NCBI GenBank assembly: GCA_002269645.1
Contig: NIVC01001054.1
Coordinates: 1-64,000 of the forward strand
Length of the DNA: 64,000 bases
Source of the DNA: Macrostomum lignano
Taxonomy: Eukaryota
Direction of reading: 5' to 3'
Under the pieces are notes generated by a model. That model searched no databases and was not told the DNA's origin. It saw nothing but the letters and a program-made list of their open reading frames with translations. Positions 28,736-42,000 of this stretch are shown piece after piece (position 1 is the first letter of the stretch; the number at the start of each line of letters is the position of its first letter). A program made the position numbers and the translations under genes.

Positions 28736-30082
28736 TGGTAAAGCTCTCGCCGGCGCATTGCACTGGAGTTTTAAACCGTAGTGCAAGCTTTGCTCATAAA
28801 TGCACATGCACATTGCGATGTGCAAGTCGTTGTCGTTAAAACGCTTTAAGTTTAAGGGCAGTGTTATAAACGGACTTTCAGAGAGCATGGCGATGCACGC
28901 GTCACCATGTATCAATATATATTTGTAATGTTTCTGTGTGTACTTTTACCGAGTGCTTCTAGATGAGCATATATTTTTCCTTTTTATAGTTATTATATAT
29001 TCAATATTATTATTTAATCTGGCTTTACCGGACGATCAAGACGATTTTCCTTGCGCTAAATTATCAAATATTTGTTTATCAAGACTGTATTTAACGAAAT
29101 GAATAATTATAAAAGAATTCTGCAGAATTAAGCAAAAGCAGCTTTGTTCGTGTGCCAGAACTGTGGACAAAGCTATTATTATTTTTATCATCATAAACAT
29201 TTCAATTTTTCAAAATGACTGACCTTAAAAAATTTATAACAATAAGACGCAAAATACATCAATAATCCACGCATACTACTCGCATTGTGTGTGTACGAGC
29301 CTAGAAATGATTATATCACATTTTTAACGATGCAATAGAGCCGCTTGTACTTTTAACCATTCATATACCTTACTTAAGTTTATACATGTTAATTGGTTTC
29401 CGATGACTGCAGAGAAAGTACATCATGTACGGTTATTCAACACATCCAAGAGTCTATTTGTCAAGTGACGCAAAATTCGAACTCTGTTTGGTAGCGGTGC
29501 CTTGTCAGACTACTAATAGTAAGATAGGCGAATTTAGCCAGAATAAAAGATTCGCAGTGAGAGGTTCGTAAAGGTGTGGCACAAATTAATGCTATTATAA
29601 ACAATCATCACTACTGATCACTGAAGCAGTTTAGTGACGAAACAGTTAGATAAAAAGTAAAGGCAAATAACAATAGATAACTATACATACTGAAATATCA
29701 AGAAACGTTTTTAGGACTACTTCCTATTCTTTGTCATAAGTACTATTAGTAGTAGTAGAGCTTTCTACAATAATAATCATTTCATTTAAGTAGTTAGCAA
29801 AGATAATTTTACGCTTCTTACTAAAAAGGAAATGATACTACTCAATTGAAAGTAGCTCAGTAGTATAACGCTTAATTAGAACGCATTTCAGGAATGCCGC
29901 CTGAATGACAGAAGAATTCAATGGTGATAAATTCAGCTGCAATCAGAGATTTGAATATTATGAAAAGAACAATAGAAAATTGCAATATACACAACGAGGA
30001 CAAACAACATTTATTCTTAATGTCAAATTTGTGTGAACCAATTTGCGCGAGGCAATGCATTAGCGTAGAGCATGCATCGGAT

Positions 30083-33000
30083 TTAGGAGAAAATCAGATT
30101 ATGTGGATCGATGCTGTGCAGGTATTCGATGTGCCGAAGCACGTCTTTCTTGGTGATGAGGCCCAACAGGCGGCCATTGTGCGTCACCAGCGTCTGGCGG
30201 AGGCCCAGCTTGCGGAACATCTCCAGGACAACCTCCATGGGCGTCTGGTCTGTGACAGTGATGGGCGACTGGGGCGAAAAGGGGGGTTGCATACAGGCTT
30301 GTATTCGTCTGATTGGTCAATAGAGGCGAAGCTGACCTTGCTACATAGAGTAGGCAAATGATAAAGGCTTCAAAGTTGAAAAGCGACTCCGAGGGTTCTT
30401 GAGGTTAACTGAGGGGCGATTCTTAAGGTTGCTGAGGGGCGATTTTAAGGTTGCTGAGGGGCGATTCTAAGGTTGCTGAGGGGCTCTTCTTAGGGTTACC
30501 GAGGGGCGATTCTTAGGGTTGCTGAGGGGCGATTCTTAGGGTTGCTGAGGGGCGATTCTTAAGGTTGCTGAGGGGCTATTCTTAAGGTTGCTGAGGGGTT
30601 ATTCTTAAGGTTGCTGAGGGGCTATTCTTAAGGTTGCTGAGGGGTTATTCTTAAGGTTGCTGAGGGGCTATTCTAAGGTTGCTGAGGGGCGATTTTAAGG
30701 TTGCTGAGGGGCGATTCTAAGGTTGCTGAGGGGCGATTCTTAAGGTTAACTGAGGGGCGATTCTTAAGGTTGCTGAGGGGCGATTCTTAGGGTTGCTGAG
30801 GGGCTATTCTTAAGGTTGCTGAGGGGTTATTCTTAAGGTTGCTGAGGGGCTATTCTAAGGTTGCTGAGGGGCGATTTTAAGGTTGCTGAGGGGCGATTCT
30901 AAGGTTGCTGAGGGGCTCTTCTTAGGGTTACCGAGGGGCGATTCTTAAGGTTGCTGAGGGGCGATTCTTAAGGTTGCTGAGGGGCTATTCTTAAGGTTGC
31001 TGAGGGGCTATTCTTAAGGTTGCTGAGGGGCTATTCTTAAGGTTGCTGAGGGGCTATTCTTAAGGTTGCTGAGGGGTTATTCTTAAGGTTGCTGAGGGGC
31101 TATTCTAAGGTTGCTGAGGGGCGATTTTAAGGTTGCTGAGGGGCGATTCTAAGGTTGCTGAGGGGCGATTCTTAAGGTTAACTGAGGGGCGATTCTTAAG
31201 GTTGCTGAGGGGCGATTCTTAGGGTTGCTGAGGGGCTATTCTTAAGGTTGCTGAGGGGTTATTCTTAAGGTTGCTGAGGGGCTATTCTAAGGTTGCTGAG
31301 GGGCGATTTTAAGGTTGCTGAGGGGCGATTCTAAGGTTGCTGAGGGGCTCTTCTTAGGGTTACCGAGGGGCGATTCTTAAGGTTGCTGAGGGGCGATTCT
31401 TAAGGTTGCTGAGGGGCTATTCTTAAGGTTGCTGAGGGGCTATTCTTAAGGTTGCTGAGGGGCTATTCTTAAGGTTGCTGAGGGGCGATTCTTAAGGTTG
31501 CTGAGGGGCGATTCTTAAGGTTGCTGAGGGCGATTCTTGGGGTTTCTGAAGGGCGATTTTTAGATTCTTAAGTAATCAAGTAACGAAAATTCTGGCACTA
31601 AGTGAAGAGACTTCTGATAGACTTTGATGAAGATCAGATCAGCCAATCGGAGTCTATATGTACAGAATTCCAAAACTGCCAAAGCTCACCAAATCAACGA
31701 TTCGCCTCAGCTTCAATGCCGGCGGCTGTCCGTCAGTGGAGGAGGCGCCAGCGTCTGTGTGTCTGGCAGCGACCGCGCCAGCGACCAGGTGCTCGGTGAA
31801 GTACACCAGCGAGTCGCCGACAATGCCGTCCTCGTTTTTGCGAGCGAATTCTGGAAAAATGGAAAATATTTTTCCATTTCTTTGATGTTTGCCGCTAACC
31901 TCATCTGATTCTTTGATGTTTGCCGCTAACCTCATCTGATTCTTTGATGTTTGCCGCTAACCTCATCTGATTCTTTGATGTTTGCCGCTAACCTCATCTG
32001 ATTCTTCGATGTTTGCCGCTAACCTCATCTGATTCTTTGATGTTTGCCGCTAACCTCATCTGATTCTTTGATGTTTGCCGCTATACCCTTATCTGATTCT
32101 TTGATGTTTGCCGATATACCCTCATCAGATTCTTTGATGTTTGCCGCTATACCCTAATCTGATTCTTTGATGTTTGCCGCTAACCTCATTGATTCTTTGA
32201 TGTTTGCCGCTAACCTCATCTGATTCTTTTATGTTTGCCGCTAACCTCATCAGATTCTTTGATGTTTGCCGCTATACCCTCATCAGATTCTTTGATGTTT
32301 GCCGCTTATAACTTATTTGATTCTTTGATGATTTCCGCTACTCCTAACTCCCGTGACGTCATCACTCTCTATCACAGCCAACCCAAGTCAATAAACTCCT
32401 CACCCAGAGCTAGCATCAGATCCCGCCTGGTCACGAATCCCAGCAGATAGTGAGAGTCTCGCGACACCACCACGGGATACCCATTGACATCCGACGCGGC
32501 CATGAGAGTCTCTAAGTCTTCCACATTCATGGAGTCCTGATACAGCAGTTGCAGCTGGGCTTCGCCCCGCCTCGGGTGCATGACATCCGCTGCGATGGTG
32601 GTGTGCGCGAACTCCTCCTTGTTGTCAAGGTACGGGTAGCCATTCAGCCTGATGTGCTCCTCATAGATGCCGCCTTTAGTCAGCCGGTCGCCCACCCACT
32701 TGCTAGTCATAGCTGCGATCATCAGCGGCACAATGTACTGCAGGCCGCCGGTGAGCTCCAGCATGATGGCCACCAGAGACAGCGTCATTCGGGTCACCCC
32801 GCCCAAGGCGGCGGCTGCCCCGATCATGGCGTACAGGCCGCTGTTGATGCAGGGTTGTCCGGCCCGGCAGAACAGGCGGAATGGGAAGCTGTCCATGCGG
32901 GAGACGGCCACTTGCTCCAGCACGTTGCCAAGGACGCGGCCGGCTATGGCGCCAACGGCCAGGGACGGGATGAACAGGCCTGAGGGCACCTGCGGGTGAG

Positions 33001-36000
33001 AAGGGGCATTTTAAGGGCCATTCTAAAGGACATTTAAGGACCATTGTTCTAGAGGACATTTAAGGGCGATTGTTCTAGAGGACATTTAAGGGCGATTGTT
33101 CTAGAGGACATTTAAGGTCCATTGTTCTAGGGGACATTTAAGGTCCATTGTTTTAGAGGACATTTAAGGGCGATTGTTCTAGAGGACATTTAAGGTCCAT
33201 TGTTTTAGAGGACATTTAAGGGCGATTGTTCTAGAGGACATTTAAGGGCGATTGTTCTAGAGGACATTTAAGGTCCATTGTTCTAGAGGACATTTAAGGT
33301 CCATTGTTCTAGAGGACATTTAAGGTCCATTGTTCTAAAGGAAATTTACGGTCCATTGTTCTAGAGGACATTTAAGGGCGATTGTTCTAGAGGACATTTA
33401 AGGTCCATTGTTCTAGAGGACATTTAAGGGCGATTGTTCTAGAGGACATTTAAGGTCTATTGTTCTAGAGGACATTTAAGGTCCATTGTTCTAGAGGACA
33501 TTTAAGGACGATTGTTCTAGAGGACATTTAAGGTACATTGTTCTAGAGGACATTTAAGGGCGATTGTTCTAGAGGACATTTAAGGGCGATTATTGCAAAA
33601 ATTGTACTCGTAATAAACAATCAATTAAATCACCTTAATACCAAAGGTGAACACGGTAGCCACCATCTTGAACAGGTAGGCCAGCATGAGTTTCCACATG
33701 GCGCTGTAGATACCGGGCCCCGCGGGAGCCGAGCCAGAGTAGTCATTCGTACTGTTCCACTTGTAATCGCACAGCTCCGCCTCGTCCTCAGGGCCGCACT
33801 TGCTGAACAGCAGCTTGATCAGGCGGCTGGTGTTCATCCTGGTGTACGTATTCGGAAAGGCTAGCAGCGCCGTCACCAAGGTAACCAGCATGACCTCGGC
33901 TATTGGGAATCTGCCCAGGCGGCCGAATTTCCTTATTCTACAAATCCACACGTTGGCACGAATGAAGCCCGCGCCGAACAGGCCTCCGATAACTCCGAGC
34001 AGGATGAACGGGCCGATCTCGATCACGGACCAGGTGGACCGGTACTCCACATAGAACAGCACCAGGTGATCATTGCCAAACGGATTAACCAGCTTCAGCA
34101 CCGAGGCTGCCACCATGCTGCAGAAGAAGCTGCGCCACAAAGTCTTCAATGGGAAATAGTAGCTGGCCTCTTCAAGGCTGAACAGCACGCCGCCAAGTGG
34201 CGCGCCAAAGGCGATGCTTACACCTGCGGCAGCGGCGGCCGACAGAACCTCCCGCTTCTTGGCCTCGTTGCGGCCGTACTTGGGGAACAGGTAGGCGATG
34301 ATGTTGCCGCAGCAGGCCGCCATGTGCACCATGGGGCCCTCCTTGCCCAGGTTCAGGCCGGCTGACACGGCCAGCATGATGCCCACCGACTTAATTAGCA
34401 GCGTCCACTTGCCCAGGTAGCCGCGGATCACAAACCCGGATAGGATGGTCTTCATCTCCGGGATGCCAGAGCCGCAGGCGTACGGAGCGAACACTTTCAC
34501 TAGCAGGGCGGCCAGCAGTGCGAACAGCAGGGACCACAGGATGTACAGCAGGTATTTGAATATGTAGGCGCCGAAGTCTTTGTTGCTGTCGCCAACTAGC
34601 TCCGCCCAGGTGTACCACTACCGGAGTGGGGAGGCGCATTAGTAATTATATACTGTGATTTTTCAGTTTGTTTAGAGTGATTCTCAAATGTTCAATGACT
34701 CTCAATAGGATCAGAGAGAGAAAGTGACTCTTAATAGGATCATAGAGTGACTCTCAATAGGATCAGAGATAAGAGTGACTCTCAATAGGATCATAGAGTG
34801 ACTCTCAATAGGATCATAGAGTGACTCTCAATAGGATCATAGAGTGACTCTCAATAGGATCAGAGAGAGAAAGTGACTCTTAATAGGATCATAGAGTGAC
34901 TCTCAATAGGATCAGAGATAAGAGTGACTCTCAATAGGATCATAGAGTGACTCTCAATAGGATCATAGAGTGACTCTCAATAGGATCAGAGATAAGAGTG
35001 ACTCTCAATAGGATCAGAGAGTGACTCTCAATAGGATCATAGAGTGACTCTCAATAGGATCAGAGAGTGACTCTCAATAGGATCAGAGATAAGAGTGACT
35101 CTCAATAGGATCATAGAGTGACTCTCAATAGGATCATAGAGTGACTCTCAATAGGATCATAGAGTGACTCTCAATAGGATCAGAGATAAGAGTGACTCTC
35201 AATAGGATCATAGAGTGACTCTCAATAGGATCATAGAGTGACTCTCAATAGGATCAGAGATAAGAGTGACTCTCAATAGGATCATAGAGTGACTCTCAAT
35301 AGGATCATAGAGTGACTCTCAATAGGATCATAGAGTGACTCTCAATAGGATCATAGAGTGACTCTCAATAGGATCAGAGATAAGAGTGACTCTCAATAGG
35401 ATCAGAGAGTGACTCTCAATAGGATCAGAGAGTGACTCTCAATAGGATCAGAGATAAGAGTGACTCTCAATAGGATCAGAGAGTGACTCTCAATAGGATC
35501 AGAGATAAGAGTGACTCTCAATAAGATCAGAGAGTGACTCTCAATAAGATCAGAGAGTGACTCTCAATAGGATCAGAGATAAGAGTGACTCTCAATAAGA
35601 TTAGAGAGTGACTCTCAATAAGATCACAGAGTGACTCTCAATAGGATCAGAGAGTGAACAGTGACTCCCAACAACCAGTCGCACCTGTCTGCAGGCCTGC
35701 TCATCATCAAATGTGGTATCGTTAGAAGACCAGCAGCATTGCTCCTTGTTGAACCAGAACGCCTCGGCGCAGATCCCGTCGCGAAGGTCCGACATCCACG
35801 TGGTGCCGATGTCGACAACTCCCGCCACTAGGCCTGGAAATTGCGGAGAAAAAACACACTTTACTACTGAATTACTAGAAGTAGTCTGCAACGCTTCAAC
35901 GGAGTATTTTCCGCTCAATTTGCTAAACAATAATGATCAAAGAAAATCTGGTCAAAGGATTTTGCGTCAATTGGGATTTGGAGAGCAAAGACGCTTTCTG

Positions 36001-39000
36001 TTCCATCCGTTAAGCCCTACAAAGTCTTTAATCTGTGTCGTCTGCTCCGTATATTAATCACAGGTGCTAAATAATGGTTATTGACTGAGCCAAGGCAAAT
36101 TATTTTTAAACGCACACTGAAACATTACGCAGGTAGGCTGAGACTCATAAAGAATATTGATTTTGGCGTACAAAAACTTGTGCACTACATCTAGGAGGCT
36201 GGCCCAGCAACTGATGAGGATCTGGGAGGCTGGACCAACAACTGACACTCTGGGAGGCTGGCCCAGCAACTGATGAGGATTTGGGAGGCTGGCCCAAAAA
36301 CTGACACTCTGGGAGGCTGGCCCAGCAACTGATGAGGATTTGGGAGGCTGGCCCAAAAACTGACACTCTGGGAGGCTGGCCCAGCAACTGATGAGGATTT
36401 GGGAGGCTGGCCCAGCAACTGATGAGGATTTGGGAGGCTAGCCCAGCAACTGAGGAGCTGGGAGTCAGTCGGCCTAGGAAGATAGAAGCAACAAGGGGAT
36501 CAGGGAGGAAAACTGCGACACCATTAGGGCGGGAGCTGAAAAAATCTGCAAAAACATGCCATTGAAACTGGAGAACAACCTGCTGGCATCTCATTTCTTT
36601 CCATCAGCGCAGGGTTAAAATATCCATGCAAAAATGCCTACCCGCAGAGTCAGTAAGACAGCTGATTAAACAGCTGCTCCACTAACATCTGAAATATTAG
36701 CCTACACAACTCGCATCTGCACTGGCCGCTGGGATCTACCCAATCCTTTATCGATAATATTGAAGTCCTTTAGCTACCTAAGGTATCTATTCCTAATCTA
36801 TTATTTATTCTAATTTGAACTATTTTTATAAACCAAATCCAGCCAACAGTCTACTCTTCGACCACTATACACTTTCATGTATCACTTATCTACTTTGATA
36901 TCTGATATAATCTCATTTGTAGCTCTAATCCTCCCTGCAGTCCCATACTAAACTATCGTGTTATCTACTCTACCTTCCTATCCATCCTCTAATCTACCCT
37001 ACTCTACCGTAGTATCATCTACCCTCTGAGCTACCCAGAAGCCTAATTTACTGCCCTATCTACCCCTAATCTACCTTTTAGTCTACTTACCTTCCTATCT
37101 ACCCCATAATCTACCCTGCAGTCTACTCTAACTTGCTATCTACCACCTGATCTACCCTGCAGTCCACTCTACCTTCCTATCTACCCCATAATCTACCCCG
37201 CAGTCCACTCTACCTTCCTATCTACCCCCTAATCTACCCTGCAGTCTACTCTAACTTGCTATCTACCACCTGATCTACCCTGCAGTCCACTCTACCTTCC
37301 TATCTACCCCATAATCTACCCCGCAGTCCACTCTACCTTCCTATCTACCCCCTAATCTACCCTGCAGTCTACTCTATCTTCCTATCTACCCCCTAATCTA
37401 CCTTGCAGTCTACTCTACCTTCCTATCTACCACCTAATCTACCCTGCAGTCTACTCAAACCTCTGATCGGCACAAAATCTATCCTGCAGTTTACCCTAAT
37501 CTAATAAAAATTTAACATCTACTCCGATTCCACCCCACTTTCCCTCATCCAAATCCGCAGCATCAGTTCTTCATCAACTCACCAGCGGCAACCGCAATCA
37601 GTCCAACGCACAGCCAGCCAGAAAAGCTGTCGAACAGCGACACCAGCTTGCCGCGACAGCTCAGCTTCATCCGGCGCAGAATCTCTCGGTGCCGCTTGCG
37701 GTGCCGGCCGATGTCTTTCAGCCAGTCGATGGTCTCGAAGTCGTTATAGTGGCCCTCGGCGAGGCCGGCAGCCTCGTTGGCGTCTATAGGATTAGCGCCG
37801 CCTGTGAGAGGTGTAAACGGATTAGTATTAGGAATACGGATAAAAGGGTTACCATTTTAGATGGGATTTAAATCCTAATGTTTGGGTGGGATTCTAATCC
37901 CAATCTTCGGGTGGGATTCTAATCCCAATCTTTGTGTAGGATTTTAATTCCAATCTTTGTGTGGGATTCTAATCCCAATCTTTGGGTGGGATTCTAATCC
38001 CAATCTTTGTGTAGGAATTTAATCCATATCTTCGGGTGGGATTTTAATCCCAATCTTTGTGTAGGAATTTAATCCCAATCTTTGGGTGGGATTCTAATCC
38101 CAATCTTTGTGTAGGATTTTAATTCCAATCTTTGTGTGGGATTCTAATCCCAATCTTTGTGTAGGATTTTAATTCCAATCTTTGTGTGGGATTCTAATCC
38201 CAATCTTTGTGTAGGATTTTAATTCCAATCTTTGTGTGGGATTCTAATCCCAATCTTTGGGTGGGATTCTAATCCCAATCTTTGTGTAGGAATTTAATCC
38301 ATATCTTCGGGTGGGATTTTAATCCCAATCTTTGGGTGGGATTCTAATCCCAATCTTTGTGTAGGAATTTAATCCCAATCTTTGGGTGGGATTCTAATCC
38401 CAATCTTTGTGTAGGAATTTAATCCCAATCTTCGGATGCGATTTTAATCCCAATCATCGGATGCGATTCTAATCCCAACCTACAAGTGGCATTTTAATTC
38501 TAATCTGCAGGTGGGATTCTAATCCCAATTTTCGGGTGAGATTTTAATCCCAATTTTCGGGTGAGATTTTAATCCTAATCTTTGTGTAGGATTTTAATTC
38601 CAATCTTTGGGTGAGAGTCTAATGCCAATCTTTGTGTGGGATTTTAATTCCAATCTTTGTGTGGGATTTTAATTCCAATCTTTGTGTGGGATTTTAATTC
38701 CAATCTTTGTGTGGGATTTTAATTCCAATTTTTGTGTGGGATTTTAATTTTAATCATTGTGTGGGATTTTAATTCCAATCTTTGGGTGGGATTCTAATCC
38801 CAATTCTCAAGTGGGATTCTAAACCCCATTTAGGGGTGAGATTCTAATCCCAATCTTCGGATATGATTTTTTCCACATCATTATATATGATCTTCCTTGT
38901 TAAATGCTTGCTTATACCAAGTGAATTTTGAAGATAGCAACATGAAAAACCAGGCCTATAGAGACGGTTTGAACTGCGCCAAACAGAACGCGAACGCATG

Positions 39001-42000
39001 CCTGTATAGACAAGGCTTGAATAACACAGATTTTTATGAATAAATTAGCATGGGCCAAGTTACAGGCCTAACAGCTAAATTACACGGGCCTGTTTAAGTG
39101 TACTAATTTTATCATCACAAATAGCAGCAACCTGCCTGTCTATCTGCACAGTGACTGGTTAGTCAGCTAGGGCCAAGGTAAAAAGGACCGCAAATTTGTA
39201 ACGAACGGAATCTTGGAAGACTTATATATGAAAATGCAAGTAGCCCTTACACTAACTAAACCTGCCGATGGCTTTATGCGTTTATAAGGCTTCAATTCTA
39301 TAACGCTTGAATAGCGCTTTTAACCAGATTAAATAAAATAAATGTCACTGCGGAATAACAAGTGAGTCCACTTTCATAGGTCAAGGGCACCCATTGAGGA
39401 CAAAATAGTGCAATTTGGAGATGAGAATGGCGCCAAATTGTGGGAAATGAGAATGGCGCCAAATTGTGGGAAATAAGAATGGCGCCAAATTGTGGGAGAT
39501 TAGAATGGCGCCAAATTATAGATGAGAATGGTGCCAAATTGTGGAAGATGAGAATGGCGCCAAATTGTTGGAAATGAGAATGGCGCCAAATTGTGGGAGA
39601 TGAGAATGGCGCAAAATTGTGGGAGATGAGAATGGCGCCAAATTGTGGGAAACGAGAATGGCGCTAAATTTTTGGAAATGAGAATGGCGCTAAATTTTTG
39701 GAAATGAGAATGGTGCCAAATTGTGGGAGGTGTAAATGGCACCAAATTGTTGAAAATGAGAATGGCGCCAAATTGTGGGAGGTGTAAATGGCACCAAATT
39801 TTTGGAAATGAGAATGGCGCCAAATTGTTGGAGATAAGAATGGCGCCAAATTGTTGGAGATGAGAATGGCGCCAAATTGTTGGAGATGAGAATGGCGCCA
39901 AATTGTTGGAGATGAGAATGGCGCCAAATTGTGGGAGATGAGAATGGCGCCAAATTGTTGGAGATGAGAATGGCGCCAAATTGTTGGAGATGAGAATGGC
40001 GCCAAATTGTTGGAGATGAGAATGGCGCCAAATTGTTGGAGACGAGATTGGCGCCAAATTGTGGGAGACGAGATTGGCGCCAAATTGTTGGAGACGAGAA
40101 TGGCGCCCAATTGTGGGAGACGAGATTGGCGCCAAATTGTTGTAGACGAGAATGGCGCCAAACTAATGTAAGTTTAGAATGGCAAGTTATGATAGATAAA
40201 GATGAATAAATCTATACCATTTTTCCGACACTTCGACAGGCGACATCGCAGCGGTATGGAAAAATTAAATTGGTCCAATGACGCAATATCGTCTGAAATA
40301 CTGGGGCCGACATTGACCGGTGAGCTGTCCGTCAGTTCGAACGGATTATCAAAGGGCTTGCTATCAGTAGCCTGAGCTTCATCAGACATAATTGATAATA
40401 GACTATAAATTTGTGTGTCGTATGTCCGTCAGTGAGATCCAACTGTGCCCATTCCTCAGTTTAGGAACAGTAGAATTTATTATTTCACACCGCACAACCA
40501 GCCCGACCAATGCTAGAGAAGATGACGCTCTTCAGACACAGAGCCAATCAGGATCAAACTCTTTGATAAACAAATATTTTCATGCCTGCATCGTATTACT
40601 TGAGGGAGTAGTGTCAGTATTTTGTGTGAACTCAGTGAGGTTCTGGGAGAATTCAGTAAGGATCTGGCCAGCTGTAGGAATTTATTGAGGATTTGGGAAA
40701 TTCAATAAGGATCTGGGAGAATTCAATGAGGATCTGGGAGTATTCAGTGAGGATCTGGGAGAATTCAGTAAGGATCTGGGAGAATTCATAGATAGAGGAT
40801 CTGGGAGAATTCAGTGAGGATCTGGAAGAATTCAATGAAGATCTGGGGGGAATTCAGTGAGGATCTGGGAGTATTCGTTGAGGATCTGGGAGAATTCATT
40901 GAGGATCTAGGAGAATTCAATGAGGATCTGGGAGTATTCGTTGAGGATCTGGGAGAACTCAATGAGGATCTGGGAGAATTCAGTGATGATCTGGGGGAAT
41001 TCAGTGAGGATCTGGGGGAATTCAGTGAGGATCTGGGAGAATTCAGTGATGATCTGGGGGAATTCAGTGAGGATCTGGGGGGAATTCAGGAAGGATCTGG
41101 GAGAATTCAGTAAGGATCTGGGAGAATTCATATATAGAGGATCTGGGAGAATTCAGTGAGGATCTGGGAGAATTCAGTGATGATCTGGGGGAATTCAGTG
41201 AGGATCTGGGGGAATTCAGGAAGGATCTGGGAGAATTCAGTAAGGATCTGGGAGAATTCATAGATAGAGGATCTGGGAGAATTCAGTGAGGATCTGGGAG
41301 AATTCAGTGATGATCTGGGGGAATTCAGTGAGGATTTGGGGGAATTCAGGAAGGATCTGGGAGAATTCAGTAAGGATCTGGGAGAATTCATAGATAGAGG
41401 ATCTGGGAGAATTCAGTGAGGATCTGGGAGACTTCAGTGAGGATCTGGGAGAATTCAGTGAGGATCTGGGAGAATTCAATGAGGATCTGGGAGAATTCGT
41501 TGAGGATCTGGGAGAATTCAATGAGGATCTGGGAGAATTCAATGAGGATCTGGGAGAATTCGTTGAGGATCTGGGAGAATTCAGTGATGATCTGGGGGAA
41601 TTCAGTGAGGATCTGGGAGAATTCAATGAGGACCTGATCTGGGAGAATTCTGAGGACTAGGACAGTGCTCAGAACTTACCCAGATCCACAAAGTCGTCCC
41701 CGCCGCTGCTGGACCTCCTGCGGCCGCCGCCAAGATTTCCCATAGCAGTGGCGGTCTCGCGCCGGTGCTGCGACAGAGCCGCAGATTGGGCCCCGAACGG
41801 GTCACGAAATGGATTATCCTGACCGGGCGTCAGGTCGATCATTTCCTCGTCTGAAGCGCCGAGAGGACCGCCTGAAGCTGCTGGTGCGCCGGCGACAGCC
41901 GTGGAAGAAGCTTCGCTGAATGCGCTGTAGTTGCCTCCGCCTGAGGGTTTGGTGCCGAATTCTGATTGGGTGGCTGCGTGCGTTTCGCAACTGGGATTGG

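Noticed and set aside
36192-36455. CTGATGAG in the repeat unit as a hammerhead ribozyme core
   Set aside because: No stem II followed by GAAA and no closing stems could be formed.
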